Of a DNA stretch of 64,000 nt, positions 16,199 through 24,178 are shown piece by piece; positions within the stretch are counted from its first letter, which is position 1, and the number at the start of each line of letters is the position of its first letter. The translations under genes were made by a program, and so were the position numbers. Location of the stretch: positions 14,410 through 78,409 of the IMG/VR virus record IMGVR_UViG_3300032238_000977. One strand, given 5' to 3'. The notes beneath the pieces are model-generated. The model searched no databases. It was not told the origin of the DNA and saw only the letters and a program-made list of their open reading frames with translations. The DNA comes from a virus.

Positions 16199-16237
16199 TT
16201 TTCATTATAAGTGATTATTTAGAAAAAGTAAAGAGGG

Positions 16238-16438
16238 TTAATCAAAATGGTAATAATCATCAACCTTTTCCAAACTCATAATTTCTAATTGATCTTCTGT
16301 TTCATCAAGATAAATCCATTCATAAAATTCCTGAGAGATAGCATCCGCATTTCCCCGATTATCAGATGCTGTTTGATGCAACTTTTCAATTGCCCATTCA
16401 CGAACATGACCAACAATATCTTCAGTCTGTGTTTCCAT
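16238..16438 (-). CDS. Hypothetical acidic protein
   Basis: Likely start METQTEDIVGHVREW. Confidence 0.65.
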   Translation of the reverse strand: METQTEDIVGHVREWAIEKLHQTASDNRGNADAISQEFYEWIYLDETEDQLEIMSLEKVDDYYHFD

Positions 16439-16865
16439 AATAATCTTTTCGGAAGTACCTATTGAGGATGTTGCTATTGTAGTACCTCGGGGTTCCTTCG
16501 TCAAGGGATTCTGTAAGGACATTGTTGAAGAAGAGTTGTCGCGTCTCTTCGAAGTTTGTTTTGCCTTTTGTTTTATGTAATGAAATAATAGTTCTTGTAA
16601 AATTCTCTTTACCAAATTTTTCAACATCATTTTTTAGTTCTGGACATGATCCATAATACTTTTTCCAATCAGACTCTGATTTAACTTTTCTAGATTTTCC
16701 CTTCGGTGTGCGGAAAGACCAGAAATATTTTCTACCAATATAGTCCCTACCAGTTGCAGTGCAATGAATATGGTAAACAAAACCAAAATAATCTTGAATA
16801 TCACATGAACGAAACACTTCTCCATCATACGTCCAAGGGTTTTCATAGTCAATATCTATATTCAT
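16422..16865 (-). CDS. GIY-YIG-like nuclease-domain protein
   Basis: GFVY...YIGRK, YYGS, E...YYN motifs. Confidence 0.7.
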   Translation of the reverse strand: MNIDIDYENPWTYDGEVFRSCDIQDYFGFVYHIHCTATGRDYIGRKYFWSFRTPKGKSRKVKSESDWKKYYGSCPELKNDVEKFGKENFTRTIISLHKTKGKTNFEETRQLFFNNVLTESLDEGTPRYYNSNILNRYFRKDYYGNTD

Positions 16866-17010
16866 CTAGTATATCAAGGACTTCGTTCAGATATTTATGG
16901 GTTAGACCTTTCATGTCCATATCATGATGAATATACTCGTTGTTCAATTGGTGTTTTAATTTCAACACACGCACTTTCATTTCACCTTTAGTCAGTTGAT
17001 TTTTAGACAT
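16849..17010 (-). CDS. Small hypothetical protein (53 aa, not in ORF track)
   Basis: MSKNQLTKGEMKVRVLKLKHQL...YLNEVLDILDEYRY. Confidence 0.65.
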   Translation of the reverse strand: MSKNQLTKGEMKVRVLKLKHQLNNEYIHHDMDMKGLTHKYLNEVLDILDEYRY

Positions 17011-17036
17011 AAAAAAGAGGAGGGTAAACCTCCTCT
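17011..17036 (-). terminator. Intrinsic terminator after the nrd genes
   Basis: AGAGGAGG-TTTA-CCCTCCTC followed by T6. Confidence 0.7.
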
Positions 17037-17038
17037 AT

Positions 17039-17200
17039 CTATACAACATCATTATGTTTTTTTCCTAGCCATTCGGTTTCATAATCATAATCACCAAACA
17101 TAAACTCATCCAACTCTGCAGCATCTTTATATGCATTTAGGATTTCTTGTTCACACCACTCATCATAATTTGAATCCTGAGAAAGTATTTTTGGTAACAT
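17039..17200 (-). CDS. Small acidic protein overlapping the nrdB 3' end (53 aa)
   Basis: MLPKILSQDSNYDEWCEQEILNAYKDAAELDEFMFGDYDY... Confidence 0.5.
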   Translation of the reverse strand: MLPKILSQDSNYDEWCEQEILNAYKDAAELDEFMFGDYDYETEWLGKKHNDVV

Positions 17201-18347
17201 CTTGTTTGATTCCACCAACGACGTATGATTCTACCTCAGTTTCCTGCGGAGCAACCTGAAGACCTTTAGAAGAGATCCAGTGCTGAGTCCAAGGTAACGG
17301 ATTATTATTTGCTGAGATATCGTACTGTGGTTTCAGTCCTATTCCTTTTAGTCTGCGGTTTGCAATCCATTCAACATATTGTTGTAACAATTTGTCGTTA
17401 AGTCCAATCATACTACCGTCTTTGAACAAATAATCTGCCCATTTCTTTTCTTCATTCACTGCACGATCAAACATTTTATAAACCCACTCTTCTTCTTCTT
17501 TAGCAATTTGCTTCATCTCTGGATCATCCCCATCACGCCACTTATTCAAAATATTTTGAGTAATTGCTAAGTGTTGGTTTTCGTCTCTTGCAATGAGAGA
17601 GATGATCTTAGCTGATCCTTCCATAAGCTTAAGTTCACCAAAGGCGAAAGAGCAAGCAAAACTAACGTAGAACCGAATACCTTCAAGAATGTTAACGTTT
17701 GCAACTGCTCTGTAGAGTTTTCGTTTAACGTCATTGAGTGTTTCCTTTGTGTTTGGGACTCCTTCAAGACTATACATCCATTCATTGGATGTACCATAAT
17801 TTTGGGCTGATTGAATAAAGTCATCATACGACTCAGTTACGCTTCTAGCACGTTCTAGAATACGCTCGTCGGTAATGATAGTATCAAACACCTCACTTGG
17901 GTCTGAATAGACGTTTTTAATAATATAAGTGTACGAACGTGAGTGAATCATTTCCATAAATCCCCACACTTCCATACATGCCTCTAATTCAGGTAGAGAG
18001 CAATAGGGAATAAAGGCCATACCAGGACCACGACCCTGAATAGAATCAAGCATAATCTGATACTTCAAATTGGAAGTGTAGATGTGCTTTTGTTCTGGAC
18101 GAAGTGTTTGATAATCTCCACGATCCTTCTGGAGAGATACCTCTTCAGGTCTCCAGAAGTAACCAAGTTGTTGAGTTGTTAGTTTGTCGAAGACTGGATA
18201 TTTGTACGAATCGTATCTTTGAACTCCAAGAGGTTTTCCAAAAAACATTGGTTGCTTTTTGGTATCAACTTTTTCAGTATTAAAAACCGTCATTCCTTTG
18301 ACTCGGGATTCTTCCGTTGAAGAAATTTTAAACTGCACAGGATTCAC
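17163..18347 (-). CDS. nrdB: Ribonucleotide reductase class Ia beta subunit
   Basis: FWRPEEV, EMIHSRSY, EGIRFYVSF, DENQH, VAPQETE. Confidence 0.97.
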   Translation of the reverse strand: MNPVQFKISSTEESRVKGMTVFNTEKVDTKKQPMFFGKPLGVQRYDSYKYPVFDKLTTQQLGYFWRPEEVSLQKDRGDYQTLRPEQKHIYTSNLKYQIMLDSIQGRGPGMAFIPYCSLPELEACMEVWGFMEMIHSRSYTYIIKNVYSDPSEVFDTIITDERILERARSVTESYDDFIQSAQNYGTSNEWMYSLEGVPNTKETLNDVKRKLYRAVANVNILEGIRFYVSFACSFAFGELKLMEGSAKIISLIARDENQHLAITQNILNKWRDGDDPEMKQIAKEEEEWVYKMFDRAVNEEKKWADYLFKDGSMIGLNDKLLQQYVEWIANRRLKGIGLKPQYDISANNNPLPWTQHWISSKGLQVAPQETEVESYVVGGIKQDVTKNTFSGFKL

Positions 18348-20628
18348 ACTCCCCCTCCTCTACTGAACTTAACTCATCAATTAAACTTTCCAATTCGGAT
18401 TTTTTATCTTCAATTACCTCATCAGTTTTGATATCATAAGTATTTTGGTAATAAGATGTTTTCCATCCGTACTTGTATGTAGTCAAGAAGTCATTAGCCA
18501 TTACACTAATAGGAATTTCATTATCCGTGTAATGTTCCGGATTATAGGACCAGTTTCCAGAAATCGCTTGATCGAAGAACTTTTGCATAACTGCAACAAT
18601 ATTAATGTACCCATTATTGCTAGGCATATCCCACAGCAACGTATAATTGTTCTTAAGTGTTTGGTACTGGGGAACAATTTGCTTAAGTGGACCCTTCTTC
18701 GACTTCTTAATGGACAAGTATCCGCGAGGTGGTTCGATACCGTTGGTTGCATTTGACACAACGGAACTGCTCTCTGAAGGCATTTGTGCGGACAATGTGC
18801 TGTGTCGCAAACCATGTGCCTGAATTTCGGCACGTAAAGTCTCCCAATCATGTTGATATGAAATAGAGGAAATTTCGTCTACATCTTTTTTATAAGTATC
18901 GATAGGAAGTATTCCATCTGCATATTTTGTACGTCCAAAATTAATACAATGTCCCTTTTCCTTAGCTAACTGATTAGATGCTTTGAGAAGATAATATTGA
19001 AAAGACTCAGATAGACCGTGAACGGCGTCCCACGCCACCTGAGAGTCGTATTTGCACCCCAGTTTCGCCAAATAGTGAGCAAGACCGATAAACCCTACTC
19101 CAAGCGAACGACGCGCCTTGGTGGCGATTTCTGCCGCTACTACGGGGTATTTCTGATAGTCGATCAACTCTTCAAGTCCACGAACCGTAAGATCACAAAG
19201 TTCCTCAAGTTCATCATCAGATTTTACTTTACCAACATTGATTGCAGAAAGAATGCAAAGAGCAATTTCTCCACTAGTATCATCGATGTGCTGAATAGGA
19301 TGAGTAGGAAGAGTAATTTCCTGACATAAATTACTCATCTCAATTTTATCTTTAAATGATGAATGAGAATTGCAATGGTCAATATTCATGATATAGATAC
19401 GACCCGTCTCAGCACGTTCTTTGAGGAGGTTAAAAATGAGTTCTTGCGCCTTAACACTTTTCGACGGAATGGACGAATTGTTCTCATATTCAACGTATAA
19501 ATCGTCAAACTTGTCTGTTCCAAAAGAATCGTAAAGTCCAGGGACATCATGTGGGGAGAAAAGAGTGATTTCACCGTCTTGAATAAACCTTTCATAGAAC
19601 AACTTGCTAATTTGAATAGAGTAATCCAGTTTACGGACACGATTATCTTCAGTTCCCTTGTTGTTCTTGAGAACTAGAATGTCTTGGATTTCTTGGTGCC
19701 AGATTGGGAAGTGTACTGTTGCGCTTCCACCTCTGATGCCATTCTGTGTACAGCATCGGACAGTTGCCTCAAACTTCTTGAGGAATGGGACAACCCCAGT
19801 ATGAGCAACTTCTCCGCCTCTGATCTTGCTGTTGATACCACGGATTCTGCCTGCGTTGATACCGATTCCCGCCCTTTGAGCAACATAGCGCATAATAGCC
19901 AGGTCGCTACTACCGATACTATCGAGGGTGTCATCAACATCAACAAGAACACAACTAGCAAATTGTCTAAGTGGCGTCCGTACTCCCGCCATGATGGGCG
20001 TTGGAATGTTGATTTTGTGTTTTGAGATTGCGTCATAGTACCTCCTGACGTATGACATTCTTGTTTCTTTAGAATAATCCGCAAAAATAGTCAAAGCAAT
20101 CATCATGTACATAAATTGTGGAGTCTCATACACCCCACCAGTGCTTCTATCCTGCACAAGGTATTTGTCAACAACTTGACGTAGACCTGCATAAGTGAAC
20201 AGATAGTCACGATCATGATCAATATATGAATCTGCTTTATCAATTTCTTCCTTCGAATACTTATTATAAATTTCAACATCATACACTTCCTCACCAACAC
20301 ATTTGTAAATGTGCTGCTCAAGGGCAGGCAATTCCTTCATCTTACCATACAACTGCTTTCTTACGGCAAAAAGAAGCAAACGAGCAGCCACAAATTGATA
20401 ATTAGGATGATCAAGATCGATCAAATCAGAAGCAGAACGAATCAAAATCTCCTGAATTTCTGCAGTTGTAATTCCATCATAAAACTGAATACCAGAAGTC
20501 ATCTCAACTTGACTTGCAGAAACTCCAGCAAGACCTTTACAAGCCTCATCAACCATTAGATGCATTTTATCAAGGTCAAGGGATTCAATTCTCCCGTCTC
20601 TCTTTTTTACTTTTGTACCGTTGCTCAT
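18328..20628 (-). CDS. nrdA: Ribonucleotide reductase class Ia alpha subunit
   Basis: ATP cone, PTPIMAG, QFASC, SNLCQEI, C-terminal CESC. Confidence 0.97.
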   Translation of the reverse strand: MSNGTKVKKRDGRIESLDLDKMHLMVDEACKGLAGVSASQVEMTSGIQFYDGITTAEIQEILIRSASDLIDLDHPNYQFVAARLLLFAVRKQLYGKMKELPALEQHIYKCVGEEVYDVEIYNKYSKEEIDKADSYIDHDRDYLFTYAGLRQVVDKYLVQDRSTGGVYETPQFMYMMIALTIFADYSKETRMSYVRRYYDAISKHKINIPTPIMAGVRTPLRQFASCVLVDVDDTLDSIGSSDLAIMRYVAQRAGIGINAGRIRGINSKIRGGEVAHTGVVPFLKKFEATVRCCTQNGIRGGSATVHFPIWHQEIQDILVLKNNKGTEDNRVRKLDYSIQISKLFYERFIQDGEITLFSPHDVPGLYDSFGTDKFDDLYVEYENNSSIPSKSVKAQELIFNLLKERAETGRIYIMNIDHCNSHSSFKDKIEMSNLCQEITLPTHPIQHIDDTSGEIALCILSAINVGKVKSDDELEELCDLTVRGLEELIDYQKYPVVAAEIATKARRSLGVGFIGLAHYLAKLGCKYDSQVAWDAVHGLSESFQYYLLKASNQLAKEKGHCINFGRTKYADGILPIDTYKKDVDEISSISYQHDWETLRAEIQAHGLRHSTLSAQMPSESSSVVSNATNGIEPPRGYLSIKKSKKGPLKQIVPQYQTLKNNYTLLWDMPSNNGYINIVAVMQKFFDQAISGNWSYNPEHYTDNEIPISVMANDFLTTYKYGWKTSYYQNTYDIKTDEVIEDKKSELESLIDELSSVEEGECESCAV

Positions 20629-21596
20629 ATCTTTTTCCAAGTAGTAAATTTAAGTTTTGCTTCTAATCCAGAATAAGTATTTAATTCTATCACGGACTGT
20701 ACATCAAGTCCAGATAATACCATTTCATTAATATCCTTTTCTTTTATAGTTGATGGCCAGATGACGACTCTTTCACCTCTAGAGATGGTAGATTCGATTC
20801 GGGAGACAATTTGTGAATTTCTTGGTTCGTTATCGTATATCCAAACAGGATTGTTAATCCCCCACTCACTAATATCAGCATCAGCTCCGCACATAGCAAT
20901 CGCATTGCGAATAAACGTACTATCGAAAGGTCCTTCTGTAACATAAACTGTTTCGTCTTTTTTAAGGTCATCAATTCCATAGATTTTCGGAGCATTCTCC
21001 TCCAACATTATAGTAATGTATTTTACTTTTGATTCTTGAAGTAAAGACCTCCCTTGATATCCAACAAATCTATTTTGATAAAACAAAGGAATAATAATCC
21101 TTGGTTCATCTCTATTTACGTTTTCAAATGTTGGTTGAAGAGAATTAGTCCACTCCTTAAATTTTTCAGCGTAATAATAGTTATCTGGGTTTAACTTTCT
21201 ATTTTCAAGATACTTCCTAGCGTCAGAATTTGAAGACACTTTTGGAAGATCTAATTTTGGTTTAAACTTTGGAGTATTAAAATTAAATTTTGGTTCTTCA
21301 ACTACAAAGTTTTTACCTGTTTTACCCTCTTTAAATTTTTCAAATGCATATTGCTTGTACATCTCACTATCTACTTTTTTAAGTAGATTGTTAAAAGATA
21401 TATTTGTACCACAATTATGACACTTAAAATTAATGTTATTTTTTACTTGATAAAGATACCCTCTTGCTTTATTTTTACTTCTTTCAGAATCTCCACAAAT
21501 AGGGCATCTAAAATTGTAAAGATTATCTTTAATTCTTTTAAATTTTTGAAGTCTGATAGAAATCAAATTGATGTATTTAACATCAACAAAATCCAT
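20625..21596 (-). CDS. g61: DNA primase gp61
   Basis: RCPICGDS...CHNC zinc finger, EGPFDS TOPRIM, DNEPRN. Confidence 0.95.
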   Translation of the reverse strand: MDFVDVKYINLISIRLQKFKRIKDNLYNFRCPICGDSERSKNKARGYLYQVKNNINFKCHNCGTNISFNNLLKKVDSEMYKQYAFEKFKEGKTGKNFVVEEPKFNFNTPKFKPKLDLPKVSSNSDARKYLENRKLNPDNYYYAEKFKEWTNSLQPTFENVNRDEPRIIIPLFYQNRFVGYQGRSLLQESKVKYITIMLEENAPKIYGIDDLKKDETVYVTEGPFDSTFIRNAIAMCGADADISEWGINNPVWIYDNEPRNSQIVSRIESTISRGERVVIWPSTIKEKDINEMVLSGLDVQSVIELNTYSGLEAKLKFTTWKKI

Positions 21597-21620
21597 AATA
21601 TTGTTGTAGACAGTCCTGTA

Positions 21621-21648
21621 ATTATACCAGACTACCTCTGCTTGTCAA
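21621..21648 (-). promoter_or_regulatory. Sigma70 promoter for the primase/nrd genes
   Basis: TTGACA-N16-TATAAT. Confidence 0.7.
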
Positions 21649-21785
21649 GACATAAAACCGTTATAATTCCCGTCCATTTTATAACGGAATTTGTAAGTTT
21701 ATGTAGAGAGTAGTTGGTAGGTTTCTTTTTAGTTTTCATGAGGCAACAATGTGTGCCCAATCTCATACTATTTATTATATGGATC

Positions 21786-22211
21786 TTATTTCGATCTTTC
21801 TATTGAAAGTGCAGGTATTGGTTTGGGGTCCAAGAAAGAACTTACTGTTGGAGCAATTCCAATTAAAAACGCAACTATCGCAAGTGCTCCAACTGCTTTC
21901 CATTTAAACTGTGATATCTCTTCTACTTTCTCTTCTACTTTTTCTATTCTTTCTCCAAGTTCTTTACTAATTGCATCATGCTGTTCCTTCGAAGACTTTT
22001 TGATATCTTCAATCATTGATACAATTAAATTGTCTGTTCTATTGCACTGTTCAATCTTTTCATTATGAACAGCTAGCATTTGACTAATATTTTGACTTGT
22101 CTCACCAATCTTTTGAATTGCAGTATCAATCCTTTCCATCATCTGCTCATACGCAGTAATACGCTCTTCGAGTATTGCTATTTTTGTTTCCGCAGATGAT
22201 GATTGGAACAT
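21786..22211 (-). CDS. Coiled-coil protein with C-terminal TM helix
   Basis: Heptad pattern then WKAVGALAIVAFLIGIA. Confidence 0.75.
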   Translation of the reverse strand: MFQSSSAETKIAILEERITAYEQMMERIDTAIQKIGETSQNISQMLAVHNEKIEQCNRTDNLIVSMIEDIKKSSKEQHDAISKELGERIEKVEEKVEEISQFKWKAVGALAIVAFLIGIAPTVSSFLDPKPIPALSIERSK

Positions 22212-22212
22212 T

Positions 22213-22461
22213 TTACTTCTTTGTTCGATTTCTTAAGTAATCCATCCATTTTTTTCTGGAATCTTTTCCACCCTTTGCATATCTCTTCCGCACAGATCCC
22301 ATTTTAGGATCAAACCCAGCGGTAGGACCTGGATCAAAACCCTGAGCACTTCCACCAAATCCAGCCTTACCAGCAGTGCTAGCAGTACTCATTGTTGGGA
22401 CACCATCTTCTTTCAGATGCCTAAAGGCTTCTATTATTCTATCAAGTTTCGTTTTGTCCAT
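22213..22461 (-). CDS. Small protein carrying a major-capsid N-arm-like peptide
   Basis: AGFGGSAQGFDPGPTAGFDP vs gp23 AGFGGSAQGFSAGPTAGFDP. Confidence 0.8.
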   Translation of the reverse strand: MDKTKLDRIIEAFRHLKEDGVPTMSTASTAGKAGFGGSAQGFDPGPTAGFDPKMGSVRKRYAKGGKDSRKKWMDYLRNRTKK

Positions 22462-22834
22462 GGAAGATTTTTTGCAATTCCTTTAAGCAGACCAGATCAA
22501 CTTTTATATCATGAATATAGCACTTTGGGTACTCTGGCAATTTACCCAGAAACATCACAAATGTTTTCATTATTTCCCAAAGATCTTTTTCTATTTTATA
22601 AAAAAGCATTGGGGTCGTCGCATCACCAAATATATTATAAAGAATAATAAAATGATTGAGAAGGAGGTGAGTTTTTAACTTACCAGTATTTTTATATCTT
22701 TTCAAAAGTCTTTTAATATACTTAAAATGATTCAAGTCCTTCTCAAAGTCTTCTTTAGTGACTGCTTGAGGATTTTCATAATTTTTAATAGCGAACAAGA
22801 GGAAATTATCCTCATTCAATTCATTAAATATCAT
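22442..22834 (-). CDS. Conserved T4-like phage hypothetical protein
   Basis: FLLFAIKNYENP...FKYIKRL...LLLNHFIILYNIFG pattern. Confidence 0.8.
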   Translation of the reverse strand: MIFNELNEDNFLLFAIKNYENPQAVTKEDFEKDLNHFKYIKRLLKRYKNTGKLKTHLLLNHFIILYNIFGDATTPMLFYKIEKDLWEIMKTFVMFLGKLPEYPKCYIHDIKVDLVCLKELQKIFHGQNET

Positions 22835-22840
22835 ATTCTA

Positions 22841-23872
22841 TCAAACAACTGTTAATGTAGTAGTTCCAATACCAACAGATCCGGTAATTCCCGCGCCGCC
22901 AATATTGCGAATAAGAATATCACCAAATTGCGAAGTAAATGAACTAGTTACTCCAGCACCATTTGAACCATCAGTGATTACACCAACAAATCCTTTACTC
23001 ATATCAATTTTAAGAGTGGTAGCATTTGTACGAGTACTAAATGTTACGGTAGAACCCACTCCTAGGGATGCATTTGAAGTACTTCCTGCACCAATCTGAA
23101 TGTAAGTAGATGCGACAGAGACTACAGGAGCATTAGTAATTTTAATTCCAGTAGTAGTATTTACTGTGACGGAACTGCCGATAGAAACTCCACTTACAGA
23201 GTCAATGTAAATTGTCGTTGCTCCTACACCAGCAGCATTTCCAGTAGTAACTGCTGTTGTTAAGAAATTAACATTAGCTGATAAAACAGTGCTTGGTGAA
23301 GTGAATGCAAATGCTACTCTATTGGTAATTTGTCCATTAAAATTGGTATAAACATTAGGAGAACCATGAGTAGCTGCTGCTCCTACCCAACCATACTGAG
23401 TACCACCATTGGATGGAGAATACGCAATAACTGCAGTGCTTTCATTTCCATTCGCATCAAAAGTACGAATACGAACAGTTGATCCAGTTCCGGCAAATAC
23501 CAACTCGTTGAAAACAACATGAACATATCCCGTTGTACCCGCGCCAATACGAGTTGTTCCACCACCACCAACTGAGATTGGAGATGCTTCATTTGGATCT
23601 TCAAAGAAAACTGCAACTGGACCAGCAGTTCCTAGTCCAGTACCTCCAAGAGTATTACTATTCAATCCAGTAACATCAACCAAAATTTCATCAAAATAGC
23701 GATTTGAAAGTCCAGAATTAACTTTAGTTTTATATCTTCTCTGAATCCAACCACGAACATCAGCAAAGCAATTCCAAGGAGTGTTGTTTCTATCGTTTTC
23801 AGATAGATGCTTTGGAATAGCGTAATTATTAGCCGCAGTTTCAGTAGTTGTGGAAATTCCCCAGAGTGCCAT
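22841..23872 (-). CDS. Virion structural protein (G/T/S-rich)
   Basis: Start MALWG; beta-rich Gly/Thr composition; TATAAATA late promoter upstream. Confidence 0.7.
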   Translation of the reverse strand: MALWGISTTTETAANNYAIPKHLSENDRNNTPWNCFADVRGWIQRRYKTKVNSGLSNRYFDEILVDVTGLNSNTLGGTGLGTAGPVAVFFEDPNEASPISVGGGGTTRIGAGTTGYVHVVFNELVFAGTGSTVRIRTFDANGNESTAVIAYSPSNGGTQYGWVGAAATHGSPNVYTNFNGQITNRVAFAFTSPSTVLSANVNFLTTAVTTGNAAGVGATTIYIDSVSGVSIGSSVTVNTTTGIKITNAPVVSVASTYIQIGAGSTSNASLGVGSTVTFSTRTNATTLKIDMSKGFVGVITDGSNGAGVTSSFTSQFGDILIRNIGGAGITGSVGIGTTTLTVV

Positions 23873-23960
23873 CCTTTTTACCTTTATTAATTTAATCGTA
23901 GAAATATTTATAAAAAATGGGGAGTAGACTCCCCTCATATAATATTAAATTTTTATTTAC

Positions 23961-24140
23961 TTATGAAGTTAAATCTTTTGCACCTTTATTCTTTAACTGA
24001 GATTGAACTTGCAAAAGAATTAGTGAAAGAATGCCGTTTGACTTAACCTTTGGGTTTGCTCCTAGTGCTTCAGAAATAGCAAATAAAACTGTTGCAATTA
24101 GAGCTTGATTAGCAAGGCACCATGCGATAATAGCGGACAT
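23961..24140 (-). CDS. 59-aa membrane protein, possible holin (not in ORF track)
   Basis: MSAIIAWCLANQALIATVLFAISEALGANPKVKSNGILSLILLQV...; strong SD AGGAGG. Confidence 0.6.
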   Translation of the reverse strand: MSAIIAWCLANQALIATVLFAISEALGANPKVKSNGILSLILLQVQSQLKNKGAKDLTS

Positions 24141-24178
24141 AATAACCTCCTTGTGAACAGTATCTTATTATATTTAGA

